A stretch of 63,861 nucleotides of DNA, the filler included, from Licmophora abbreviata (Eukaryota), in the NCBI GenBank assembly GCA_900291995.1. It is 13 parts of 13 records of this genome, joined end to end, with 100 filler letters (N's around TTAATTAATTAA, not from the genome) between each part and the next. Parts side by side here need not be neighbours in the genome. Positions count along the whole stretch, not along the records: positions 42,889 to 48,338 come from OLMU01002481.1; positions 48,439 to 53,812 come from OLMU01002486.1; positions 53,913 to 60,721 come from OLMU01002487.1; 10 more parts are not named here. One strand, 5' to 3'. The notes under the pieces were generated by a model. The model had not been told where the DNA came from, made no database searches, and saw nothing but the letters and a program-made list of their open reading frames with translations. Shown one piece after another: positions 45,417-56,864 of this stretch (position 1 is the stretch's first letter; every line of letters begins with the position of its first letter). Position numbers and translations under genes: made by a program.

Positions 45417-46781
45417 CTACCTGCCTCTCCACGAGAAAGACACGGGGTTGAGGTCCTTCATCATTGCTTGTCTCGCTTCCACTAGTCCCGGGCGAGGCAC
45501 GTCTTTAGGGACCTTTCCTAGCTCTTGCTTGAACGTCGCGTCCAAAAGAGGCATTCCCCTCATCACGACATCGTTCCAGGCATGTGTTGTCCACTCGATC
45601 GAAATGACACGTTCCATCTCTAGACACAGTTTTCGCACGCGAACATTATCCAGGCCTTCATCATCATCGTACGGATCTTCCATCCCCACTTCGACGTTGA
45701 AAAGTCCTTGTAACGCAATCGCAGTAAAGATTGCAAGGGCGATGGCGAAGCCGACGCTTGTTTGGAATGGCCAGCTATCTGTCTCCTCCCGTCCTGCACC
45801 AGCAACCCAAGCATAGTAGGGTCCCGCAAAGACGGGATGTACGAGAATATATATTCTTGCAAATGCCCGCAATCCAGTCGGCGTTCGATAACTCTTGATG
45901 AATCTCGCATTCTCCCATTCCCGCATCAACAAAGTATGATACTGGTTGATACGCGCCGCTTCGTTCCCCGGAAAGCCCGCTTCCTTCATGCGCTCTATCG
46001 CCAATGTCAGTCGCTGCATCTGCTCATAAAAGTCCTGCAGACAAGCATGTTGGACCGGTCGGACGAAGGCGCGCGTGCGTCTTCCTTGGGCTGTATACAT
46101 GTGGCGACTGCGATTGGCCAGTGGCAACGATAGAAAGTCGCGCATGGCTCGAATCATCATAATCAAGACGAATCTCACCTCCTCCGTGTGTTGCTGCGAT
46201 CTGACTCCTCCAATGGCGTCCCAGTCTACATTCGACTTGCCCTCTTCGTTCTTTTTGGATGGGTCGGCATCACCTGCTGACAGTCTCACATTTAGAATGT
46301 TCCGTCCCGAGTAAGCACACCGCTTCCCCTCAGCAGCAAACGCCCAATCCCGATGGGCAACGTAAATATGAAATACATACATTTTGATTGCCGCCAAGTG
46401 TCCCAAGGCCTTTTCTCGCCGTGTAAACGTAAACTGAATGAGGCTCGTCACAGAAAAGACCAGAGCGAAGAACAAAAAGGACAGACCCAGCCTTGCCACG
46501 AGCGGATCGCCGCCTTGTGGTCTGACAAACGTAAAGAATACAACACTGCCCGCGCTGACCAGGCTCACAAAAACAGTTTCATAGTTGATGAGATGGGCCA
46601 CTGTCACGCGAAGAGCGGTCCAGTACGTCAAGAGTGTCAGCCAAACAGAACTGATCGGCGAAGCTTGGAAAAGCGACGGTGGAGAGAGACTGTCCAGCAA
46701 TTCGTCGTCTCGATCGTCTGGACGAAAGATAGAAGGCTTCAGGGGCGGGAAGGAAGACGAATAGACATCCGGGGCCGACAT
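45417..46781 (-). CDS. Bestrophin-like (UPF0187-type) membrane channel protein
   Basis: TM pairs, F.RREKAL, RTPTGLRAF, and L..VE..MEDPYD matching the bestrophin-like EDPF/Y C-terminal motif. Confidence 0.65.
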   Translation of the reverse strand: MSAPDVYSSSFPPLKPSIFRPDDRDDELLDSLSPPSLFQASPISSVWLTLLTYWTALRVTVAHLINYETVFVSLVSAGSVVFFTFVRPQGGDPLVARLGLSFLFFALVFSVTSLIQFTFTRREKALGHLAAIKMYVFHIYVAHRDWAFAAEGKRCAYSGRNILNVRLSAGDADPSKKNEEGKSNVDWDAIGGVRSQQHTEEVRFVLIMMIRAMRDFLSLPLANRSRHMYTAQGRRTRAFVRPVQHACLQDFYEQMQRLTLAIERMKEAGFPGNEAARINQYHTLLMREWENARFIKSYRTPTGLRAFARIYILVHPVFAGPYYAWVAGAGREETDSWPFQTSVGFAIALAIFTAIALQGLFNVEVGMEDPYDDDEGLDNVRVRKLCLEMERVISIEWTTHAWNDVVMRGMPLLDATFKQELGKVPKDVPRPGLVEARQAMMKDLNPVSFSWRGR

Positions 46782-47028
46782 GGTTCAGGCGTTCTTATCG
46801 TCAAAGCCATGACGATGAGAGATTGATATCCTTGGGCTCCTCGCACTCACTTTCCCGCCGGTGATACTTTTTGAGAGGCTAGAAAATGTCATGACAAAAG
46901 TGACGCTTTCCTTGTCATCATCTTACACTCTTCACTTTTTCAAACTTTGCGCGCCACGCACGCAACCGAACAAAGCGACATGGCACAAAAAGCGTTCCGG
47001 AGACACTACTTCTTTGGAGAGCGTGATC

Positions 47029-47733
47029 ATGAGGCACTCAACAATGAGATTCACCGTCTTGCTCATAACACTAGCAGTGGGGACTGTTTCTGCCATGGTG
47101 GCTTCTCCGCAACCGACCGCCAAGCTTGCATCGGCGGCAGGACAATGGGCAGGAAATGTGGCATTGGCCCTGACGCTGGCTACGACGCCAGCACCTGCGT
47201 TTGCTGTCGATGATGCGGGTTCTTCTACCCCCGCCACCACGATGGCTTTCTTGACCTCTGCGGGGATCGAGTCCAACTCACGCGCTGCTCAACAGAGCGG
47301 ATCACGCCTTGCCGACAGCGGTAGTACACTCAATTTAGGCTTCCAGATCTCACCCGACGAGGCCGTGGAAGGCCTCTTGGCGGGAACGGTCGCTGTTTAT
47401 GCGCCGTCATATGCATTTTACACCTCAGAACAAAAGAAGGAAACACAAGCGATAGAGGCAAGGAAAGTCAAGATGGCGAAGAGGAAGGCTGCCACCACTG
47501 CAGTGACCATGACCCAAGCAACGGAGTCAGTGGAAGTGGAGAAGGCGCCCAGTTTGAATTTGTCGAAAGCGGATGCATCCAGTGAGTCAGTCATTTCCAT
47601 GGGCGGTACGAATGTGGAAGAATGCGATGCTGTTTTCGAGGTTGCAGTCGTCACGAAAGAGGCAAGCGTGGAATCGGTTGTCAAGGGGCGAAGATTGAAG
47701 CGCTGGTTGGGACTTCGCAGGGAAAGAAAGTGA
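47029..47733 (+). CDS. Hypothetical protein with signal peptide, possibly thylakoid-targeted
   Basis: MRFTVLLITLAVGTVSA, a second hydrophobic stretch ending APAFA, one TM and a Lys-rich tail. Confidence 0.55.
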   Translation: MRHSTMRFTVLLITLAVGTVSAMVASPQPTAKLASAAGQWAGNVALALTLATTPAPAFAVDDAGSSTPATTMAFLTSAGIESNSRAAQQSGSRLADSGSTLNLGFQISPDEAVEGLLAGTVAVYAPSYAFYTSEQKKETQAIEARKVKMAKRKAATTAVTMTQATESVEVEKAPSLNLSKADASSESVISMGGTNVEECDAVFEVAVVTKEASVESVVKGRRLKRWLGLRRERK

Positions 47734-48338
47734 TCAAGCTCTTCGATTGTTGGAAGATCCGCGAGCTCAATTGACGATTTCGTAACAAATTTGTTGTTCC
47801 TTTCGAAAGACCTCATGCAGCTCTGCTTGCAACCGTTGGCGCGTGTCGCTCGATTAGCAATCTCAGTGAATCGTCGTCTTGCATGATGGAGCGCATTGGC
47901 ACCCCAAGTGAGTAAAGTAAGACCTTAGCTCTCTCTTGACATCCTATTTGAGAAGTAAGGATAGGCTGGATCGATCATCATGGACGTGGAAGTTCTTATC
48001 AAATCACCGATGATGTTATTCCCGGTATGATAGGTCCTCCGCGACCACTGGTGCCGCGACCGACCATACAGTTCATACCATGTACTGTTTGACGCAGTAC
48101 CTGGTACCTAGGTATATACGAGTACGAATGTATCCTACTTGGTACATATCACCTGGTAGGAATGCCGTACTGAGGGTTCTGATAGATATCGTTATATAGA
48201 CATACATGTATGATCGCAATAATTCAAGCATAGGTCTAAACGTGGAATAAGAAAGCAGTATACAATGGTGAAGTGCTGGGCGCCCGTAATGTACACACGC
48301 ACGTGGAGTTGTGCACCTCAATTAAAAATTTACTTCAA

Positions 48339-48438
48339 NNNNNNNNNNNNNNNNNNNNNNNNNNNNNNNNNNNNNNNNNNNNTTAATTAATTAANNNNNN
48401 NNNNNNNNNNNNNNNNNNNNNNNNNNNNNNNNNNNNNN
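48339..48438. other. Artificial contig linker
   Basis: 44 N + TTAATTAATTAA + 44 N. Confidence 0.98.
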
Positions 48439-48884
48439 GAGTAGTAGCGGCGTTTATACCTATCGATAATTACGATACGTATATAATGCAATGCACACAT
48501 CATAACTTTCATGAGAACGATAGGAAACCGAATCCTTCACGCGCTGAAAGGTATTCTAAGAACGCTAGGACAAGGCTCACAATGACGGATGACGCGACGA
48601 CCACGACGCGACGAGATGAGTGTGACCGCGACCAATCATGATGAAAGACGAGCGAGAACCATGATTTCACTCTTGCACTGATGATGATCGGTGCGAGCTA
48701 CAGTCTGCTTGCTGTGAATCTAGACGGCGACGACGAATCCTAGAGGAACACCGCGGCGATACAAATATCGAGCCATACTTTACGATTGCGAATTCCGAAT
48801 TTACTAAATCGTTCTGTATTCAGCGCGATACGTTTACAGTAGAAGCAACAAGGCAACCACCGAGAAACGAATCTACGCAACACA

Positions 48885-49190
48885 ATGCCTCCAAGGGTCA
48901 AGTTCCCCCATGGCCTGACAAAAGATCCACGAATAATGTCAATGAGAGAAAAAGGTGTATTTGCGTTGCTCGCAGGGTCTGTCGGGGTCGGCGTGTACCA
49001 ACTGGTCACGGATCCATGGGGGGAGCCCCGGGCAGCAGTCGACAGGGCAAGTTCTATGGTCGTGGAACAGGTTGAATTGAAGAACGATGCCGCGCCCCGT
49101 AAAAGAAGTAAGGTATCAGAAAAAGCACTCACGGTTGTGGACGATGGGATCACAGACATACGACTCGGAACGCCTCCAAAAGCAAAGTAG
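48885..49190 (+). CDS. Small single-TM hypothetical protein
   Basis: 101 aa with ATG in a CACAATG context; TM GVFALLAGSVGVGVY. Confidence 0.5.
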   Translation: MPPRVKFPHGLTKDPRIMSMREKGVFALLAGSVGVGVYQLVTDPWGEPRAAVDRASSMVVEQVELKNDAAPRKRSKVSEKALTVVDDGITDIRLGTPPKAK

Positions 49191-49711
49191 CTAGTCGACG
49201 GTTTTGTACATATGTTATAGATCACAAGCCTCCTACAGTACTTATAATCTCGGATATACTAGAACAACTTGATCGCCTTTGCCCAAAGCATACGCTTTGC
49301 CGCCACCTTTCGTTCGATGCGACCAGCCAAAACATGAGATCAAAGGAGGACAAGCGAGGTGATGGCGCAGCTTGGCAGGAGTCATTGAGCAAGCACTCAA
49401 TATTGAGAGCAGAGCAGGTCTAGCCTAGGTATGCTAACGGTAGACTTTCATGCCTCATGGAGTGCCGTGTCTCTTACCTGTCTTGACTCGACTCGTGAAT
49501 GCTCATCTTCGTCGTGAATATTTTGTGAGTGTTGAGAGCGCACGCGCGCGCACAACGCATCGAATGTGACAAACTTGAAACATGAATTTGCAATTAGTTG
49601 CGCGACGACCATGGCGATGAGCATCAGCTGATGTATTTCTCATAGCACTTGTATCGCACCCCTGCTTTCGTGAACGGTCATTGGCGCCCTTTTTGGTTTT
49701 GGCCAACTCCC

Positions 49712-52700
49712 ATGTCGTCGTTGCACGATCGAATTCAGCGTTCTCGGCTTCGAAATTCGCAGTCAAGATCCCTAGCGTCAGGCGCCTCGAATGATGATGA
49801 GACGATTACCTCTGTGTCGACGACTCGAACGCGGGACTCCTCGTCATCCATAAATGGGCGAAATTTAGCGCAGTCTAGCAGCGGATCTCTGAAATCGCCC
49901 TCGTTCGATTCCTCCTGCACCTCCGAGACGAGCAACCCTCAGAAGCATCTCCGCACAGTGGCGGATAGAAAGGCGGCACTGCTCAAGCAGCGACGGCGAC
50001 GACGGCGTTTTGGATCACAGACCGAGTCAGCGGCGGACCAATCAGTGTTGAGCAAAGAGGAGACTGCGCGAGGAAAACCTGTGCCTAGTGGGGATGAAAT
50101 GAGTACTGGTGCGACCGCGAAAACAGTCTCGCTGTCTGTTAACCCATCTTTTTCGAATAGTGACAGTACTAGCCGACTACCTCCACCGTGGAAAAAAGCA
50201 GCCACGACCACCTCCGATAGTGCACCGTCGTCAAGTGTTTCGGATCCGAATGTATCCAATAATGACAATCCGTGGAAGACGATGCAGCGGACACGGCGAC
50301 CATTGCCACCCTCAACGGAGGGACCAAGACCGCCGCCGTCGTGGGCAAAGAACGACTCTAATGGGTCGCCCTCAACAGCTTCGTCGCGAATTGACGAGGG
50401 CGCCAAGTTTTCATCGGTAAAGAATGCTAGTAGCGTACCCGAGACACACTCGTCAAGTCGAGGGGAGGGTGCCTCGGATGAAACATCGAAACCGGGATCA
50501 TCAGTAGAGACGGCTGAACGACAACCGAATCCTTGGAGGAAGCTGCAATCCAGAAGAAGGCGAGTTCCAGATACATCGTCAAAGCCCGCCGAGAAAAAGA
50601 AACTGGCTTCGTGGATTAAGCCTATTGAAACGAGCACGTCCGAAGCTGCATCGTTGACGGAAGATCAGAGTGTTCTATCAGTGCAAACTGGTGCGAAATC
50701 GGAACCGGTGCGCCCGTTGACCAGCGATATGAAAGCACAGAAGGCGCCATGGACGCCGTCTCGCTCAAAAGCGTCGTCACGACAGTGGGCCAACTTAGAT
50801 GATTCAGATGCATCATGGACTGGATCTCCGACAAAGACGGGAATTGTGAAGGCGCCATCATGGGCCAAATCGAATCAGGAACAATCGAATCAGATCGCTT
50901 CTCCTCGTTCTGTCGGCTCAAATGGCAGCAAAAGTTCGACTTCCTGGATAAAACCCAAACCAGATGAAGATGTCACTACTCGGGATGAGAAGCTTGACCC
51001 ATGTCATCATCATTCACTTGATTCGGGGGCTGGGCGTGTGAAGGCACCGTCATGGACCAGATCAACTCAGCAGCAATCAATTCAGCTCACTTCTCCTCGC
51101 TCAGTTGGCTCAAATGGAAGTAGAAGTTCGACCTCTTGGATAAGACCCAAACCAGATGAAGACACCAGCTCTCTGGGAGACACGCTAAGTCCATCTAGTC
51201 AATATTCCCTGACATCAGATACTGGAAGTGTGAAGACGCCGTCACTGTCCAGATCGAGGCAGACGCAATCGAGTCAGCTTGGCTCCCCTCGTTCAGTCGG
51301 CTCAAATAGAGGCAGAGGCTCAGCTTCCTGGATAAAACCGAAACCAGATGAAGTCACTAGTGCTCTGAGCGACACGCTTAGCCCATCTAGTCATCATTCG
51401 CTGGCGACAGATTCCAAGTCGGACACGCAGAAAATTGGAGGCCAGCTGTCCCCTCGCTCGATTGGCTCGAGCGGAAGCAGGAGGTCAGCTCCGTGGACAA
51501 AGGCATCGCCATCAGGAATGAAAATGAGTACTTCAACCGATCACGAAAGCCAGATGGAAGTGGAAGACTCAAGGTCAAAAATGACTGTTTATGGAAATCC
51601 TGTTGCGCGTGCATCAGTCAGTTCGAATGGTAGCAAAACGTCACCCTCACGGAAGTCATCCAGGCTAGGCAACGACAAGCGCAGGCCCTCCAGCCAGCCC
51701 TTAAAGGCGAGTGAGGCCTCATTAGATACTCATGGCTCTGACACGCGATTTTCATTTGCTAACCGAGCAATCAACAAGACTTCGCCGTCGTGGGCAATGC
51801 CCTTGGATCCGGGGGACAGTAGTGTGATTGATGTTCCTGTCGGCGCCATAGACGAGCAAGCGCAAAGCTCTGAGTCCGCGTCGGGCACGAACCCATCTAA
51901 GTTGCATCCAGAATATCGTGCGACCACCGCCATTGGCAACAGTGCAGAGATGACGACACTGAGACCGACAGTCATCGGACAAAGGCCCAAGGACTCTTCA
52001 TCTGCTAAGATCGAATCTTTGTCACTGGACGGCAGCTCGGAGAAGAAAGTTACCTACGGAGGGGCAGTCATTGAAACTCCAAAGAGCTCCAGCGTTGCCA
52101 ATATCCGAGCAGCTTTCCAGAAAGGGACAGCTCCACCACCGCCGAGTGTTTCGCCGCGTTCACGGATGCTGGCTGCTCGTCCTACCCACTCGCAACCTTC
52201 ATGGGTGCGGACGCAACCTGCAGCACCAAAGTCACTCGATGCTTCCGATCGCCGGACTCATGGTGAAGATCAAAGATCAACCAAACAGGCTTCCGTCGCT
52301 CCATACACTTCACCTGATGAGCGAGCGGGGACACACCATTCTCTACGACACTCTCAGCAACAAACGTCGCCAGTGTCTGCGAGCACGCAGACTCCACGGA
52401 TCTCGAACCAGAATCCGCGGGCAACGAAGAACTCGGTGACGACGGAGCGTGAAGTGGTGCCACCTGAGTCTTCAGTCATCAAGCCTGCCCCGCCTCCGCT
52501 CGACATTAGTTCAATATCACTGGAACGACCGATAGGCGAAGGCAGTGACGAGACGTATGAAGATGCGCCTACTGAGGTCTCCGTACCGATCTCTCTTACG
52601 CAAATGGCCGCTGAGTCTGCTTTTGCGATTGACTTTAGTCAGTTCGTATCTGAAGGGAGTAGAACAGATTCGTACGACGATGAGGCATCCCAACAGAGTA

Positions 52701-54303
52701 GTGGTACAGGTGTTGGCAAGGTAGTTCCGGCATTAAAAGACTTGCCGGTGGAGCTTCGCCAGATTATGAACGAAACCTGGCATGACGAGAGAATGGCACG
52801 CGCAGCTCCCGTTCCCAGGAACTTGGAGACCAGGGCTTCACCGACGAAAGTTTCGTTTGCAGACCGGCTCCCATCGGCGCCTAGTGACGAAGTTGCAACT
52901 TCTAGCTACGATGTCGATGGAAGCTTCGAGACGGACTGGCCAGCCACCGATGAAGAACTGTCATTTTCTCCGAAAGCATCATTTGAGGACTCGTCTAGGG
53001 ATCCACATACTTGGGAAGTTTCACCTCCCGCCCCTGAGCTTGCTGGTAGATCAAACACGGACAAAGGAGCCAGTCATTTCTCTGCTGTCTTTTTTGATCT
53101 ATCGACGTCTGATACGGCGAACGTCGACGGCTCGACAGACGTGCTGCCTGTGCCACAACATTCTCTTGTCACTCAAGGGCGAAATGAGGGCGCTGGGCAT
53201 TCGGAAGAAACGCAAGATTTTGATGAGTCCAGTCCTGTTGCAACCGGAGAAAGTCTGAATATTGCCTCGCCAGATGACGAGATCCCAATGGACTATGCGG
53301 ACGAGATCGGAGCCTTCCCGCGTGTGGCGAGGCCCAGGGAACCTGCTTCATCCCCCCCACCGACCTCAGTATCCAACAGAGCCATTCCGAGAGCCATCCC
53401 AGAAAAAGGCATTCTTCGACGCAAGGCGTCATCGGGACGAGGGAAAAAGGCGGTGCGGTTCTCAGAGAATTTCCTTTCCAAGTCACCGACTGAGGATGAT
53501 AGTACCGAGTCCGAGAGCGATCGAAGTACGGAGGTGCACAAGAATGGCCATACAACATTTGCGAAAGAAGAACTTGACACTTTGTTGGCAAATGGCTTTG
53601 CCGCTCATTTCGCCCAGAAAACCTCTGATGTGAAGGAGGAAGCGTCTCAAGATCGGTCATCGGCTGGGGCTTTCAACGTGCTTAAGTTTTGGACTGCCCC
53701 GAGCAAGGACGAGCTAGACGAAGCGGCAGACTTTGCAGATCAGGACCCCGACTTGGACATGAACGATTCGATGTTATCCTTGCGCGATAGATCGCCATCA
53801 CCCGACACACGTNNNNNNNNNNNNNNNNNNNNNNNNNNNNNNNNNNNNNNNNNNNNTTAATTAATTAANNNNNNNNNNNNNNNNNNNNNNNNNNNNNNNN
53901 NNNNNNNNNNNNGCCATCACCCGACACACGTATGATCCCGAATGAGGAAGCAGGGGCCGATGTGGACGCACTAGAGGGGTGGCGCTCCCCCTTGCGAACG
54001 CGGGAAGCACCCGCATTCGACCCCTTTGGGCAAGATAGCGACGATGAAGTAAGCGCGTTTGATTTCGAACAGGTGCCAAGAGAGCGCCGAGCCGATAACG
54101 AGCCAGCAGTCGGCGCACAGTCGTCCAAGTCTCAAGCGTTCTCTTTGAAACCCCCTCGACAGTCGCCCTCTTCCCACAAGCGACGCGAGCGACTCAACAG
54201 GCAACAGGCTTACGACGATTACTACGCTATGCAAGCCATGAATGCTCCTGGCGAGAGAGAGGCCAGAGGCTCCAAATTGACCGACAACACGCTAGAAATA
54301 TAG
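49712..54303 (+). CDS. Large (~1490 aa) Ser/Pro-rich intrinsically disordered protein; spans a false gap
   Basis: ORFs 49649..gap and 53932..54303 join in frame through the 19-nt duplicated flank GCCATCACCCGACACACGT (SPSPDTR-MIPNEE). Confidence 0.8.
50846..51421 (+). repeat. Three 192-bp (64-aa) in-frame tandem repeats
   Basis: Units start at 50846, 51038 and 51230 (GTGAAG...). Protein consensus VK.PSW..S.Q.QS.Q..SPRSVGSN.....SWI.PKPDE. Confidence 0.9.
53813..53912. other. Artificial contig linker
   Basis: 44 N + TTAATTAATTAA + 44 N. Confidence 0.98.
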
Positions 54304-54463
54304 AGGTAGATCATGGGGCATTTGTGAACTCGTTGCGGTCGCTAAATTGTTGTATGCTTACTCATAATATAGTAGCACAATATTGCGTCGTGCATCAGTG
54401 AGCGGATAACATCGAAATATAACACGTTTCCGTCGGAGCTATCGGCGTTTACATTCTCGGCCA

Positions 54464-55297
54464 TCACATTGGGAATCCCATTGCCATAATTTCCTGCTGC
54501 TGCTTCATTTGCAGCATCTGGAGGGTCTGGCCGACCTGTGGATCCTGTGCATGTTTCTCAATAGAGGCCTGGAAAGACGACGAGGTCACGCCCATTTCCT
54601 CCAAGGCGGCTTCGCCAGCTTCATTCGCTCGACCGGCAAACTTCATTTGAGCTTCCTGCGCTACCTCCATATTCGAAACATCTTTTCCTTCTTCCTTGAG
54701 CGAATCGACAACTTCCTTCATTGCAGTCGTCATCCCCCCGAAATACGCCTCGGCAGCTTCAATGAGCTTCTCCTTTGGCAAGATGTCTACGGGCTTGGCC
54801 TCGACAGTTTTTCCGGGTCGTTTTCCAACAACCTTTTCGCCCGATATCTGCTCGTAGAGCTTCTGGAATCTCTCGACGGCACGCACAACCTTCGGGTACT
54901 CGTCTTCTTGTTGCAGGAATTCCCACGTCGCTTCTTCCAAGCAGTCGGCGTCTACGTTGAACTCTTCCAAAACTAATGCTTGCTTCTGCACCAAGTTTCG
55001 ATCAAATTCCGTCTTCAGGATGTTTCTGAGCTGAGCCTCCGGGATCTGTTGCCCGCTCATTTGAATCTGCTGAATCTGTTGCGACAAGGCCGCCACGACT
55101 TGCTGCATTTCTAGAAACAGTCGATCGAAAATCTTCGTCACCTCATCCGCCGTAATGAAATCTTCTTCTTCTCCTTCGTCAATGTCATCAATCAACTCCC
55201 GACTTTTATTGGAGGTCGGCAAAAGTTGAGACGCGGCTATACCAACCAGCAAGGCAGATCCAGCCACGAGAATCATGGAAGACGATGACGGCGCCAT
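54464..55297 (-). CDS. Hypothetical protein with N-terminal membrane anchor and helical body
   Basis: 277-aa ORF; hydrophobic MILVAGSALLVGIAA followed by Q/E-rich helices. Confidence 0.75.
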   Translation of the reverse strand: MAPSSSSMILVAGSALLVGIAASQLLPTSNKSRELIDDIDEGEEEDFITADEVTKIFDRLFLEMQQVVAALSQQIQQIQMSGQQIPEAQLRNILKTEFDRNLVQKQALVLEEFNVDADCLEEATWEFLQQEDEYPKVVRAVERFQKLYEQISGEKVVGKRPGKTVEAKPVDILPKEKLIEAAEAYFGGMTTAMKEVVDSLKEEGKDVSNMEVAQEAQMKFAGRANEAGEAALEEMGVTSSSFQASIEKHAQDPQVGQTLQMLQMKQQQEIMAMGFPM

Positions 55298-55696
55298 GGT
55301 GGGTCAGGATTCATTCGATGCCGAAAAAAAAGTGATGTGTGGCGGCCAACGCGCGGCTTGGAGGGAGGGAGTGTTCGCAAAACACGTCAGTGACATTCAA
55401 TCGCAAGGTCCGGCCGACGCGCGCGCTGGCAATGAGTCGAGTCGACAGTCGAAGTGAACGAGTGACGAAATAAGGTAAGTAAAGGGTTAGAGAACGTAGA
55501 GGGTCTCATGGAGTGTAAATGTAACACATTGTATACGGGGAATTCTGCTACAAGCTTTATCTACGAATAGTCTCGTCACGAACTTGCGCGCGTTTCTTAA
55601 TCGTTGCTTTGCACTCACCAAGACTCTTTCATCATCACATGCAACACATACTCGTCGTCTACCACCAAGAACTCAATCTCCTCACACTCATCGGGA

Positions 55697-56864
55697 CTAC
55701 AAAATATTGCAGCATCCCAGCTGCTGTGCCACAGCCATGGGGTCAACGGTGCCGTCGCCCTGCATGAGCTGCTGGGCAAGACCCAAGAGCGGTCCAAAGT
55801 CGAATTCCGGGGAAGCCATCATTTCGTCCTGCTCGCCGTCGGCCTTGAAGGTAAAGGGCAAATCAAGAACGCTTCCACTGTGGCAGCTGGAAATGAATGA
55901 GAATAAATGGGAGACAAGCATAGATGCGTTAGTAAAGCTGGTTCCACACGATGGTGCACCCGCAGTGCGAGCCGCGTCGTGTCCGTACAGTCACTGTAAC
56001 CTACCAATCCATGACACACGTGAGCGTCACACCGCGCTTCATGGCGCCGACAAGAGTGAGGAAGACGTCATCGTCCCTGATTTGTCCGGAGGAAGTGTAG
56101 TCAAGAGGAACGAGCGTCTCGTCGTAGCCATCCTCTGCGAGAGAAAAAGAGACACACGAGTGGTACAAAGTGAGGTGTAAGAACTCCTGGATCCTGAAAA
56201 CCCGAGCCCGGCAACTACTACTATGGCAGTACTTACTCTCGTCGCCATCGTCATCGCGGAGCTTTCCACCGTGTCCCGAATAATGACAAAAGACGGCATC
56301 CCCGGGCTGGGCGGCTGCCACAACGGTCTTGTAGGCGTTGAGAATGTTGTCATGGGTTGGCGAGGTATGCTGTCCGTCGTCGAGCAACAAGGTGATGTTT
56401 TCCTCCCGGAAGCCATGAATGTCCATAATGTACTCTTTCATGTTGTGAACGTCGTTGTGGCATCCACTGAGCTCTCCCTGCATACCGACATAATTGATTC
56501 CAATCATGACAGCGTGCCTGTTGCCGGAGAAGTTGTCCGGCAAGATCTGAAAGGGATGATGGATGTCCAGAGGACGAGAACTCGTCAGCTGAGGTATCTG
56601 AGTGAATCTTCCCGAGCTGAGAATGCCCCTCATCTTCAACAAGACTTCCTGAAAGCTCAAGGCCACGTCGGGGGCGTGATGATCCGCGTACAGGACCTTG
56701 AGCATGGCCGACGTGCAGGCGCCTCCAGCGCGTCCTGCGGGGTCCGGAAGCTGAAAGTTCGCCACGTTTGAGACGTCGGCCGACGTCTGCTCATCGCGAC
56801 AGCCGCTGATCATGCGGCATTCGCATGGAATGGCCTTCTCGGCTTGCTCAAGAATAGATGCCAT
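55697..56864 (-). CDS. Type III metacaspase (p10 before p20); 3 exons
   Basis: N-terminal p10 (ISGCRDEQTSAD, GGACT, QIPQLTSS), then p20 (AVMIGINY, GCHND, HYSGHG, DGYDETLVPLD, D|CCHSG). Introns ~56236-56135 and 56004-55887. Ends CCNIL. Confidence 0.93.

Noticed and set aside
48640..48692. Hammerhead ribozyme (GAAA ... CUGAUGA)
   Set aside because: Stems I-III cannot be formed around the core nucleotides.
55483..55490. AGGGTTAG as a telomerase RNA template (CUAACCCU on the minus strand)
   Set aside because: A single 8-mer is expected by chance in this much sequence, and no supporting structure was seen.
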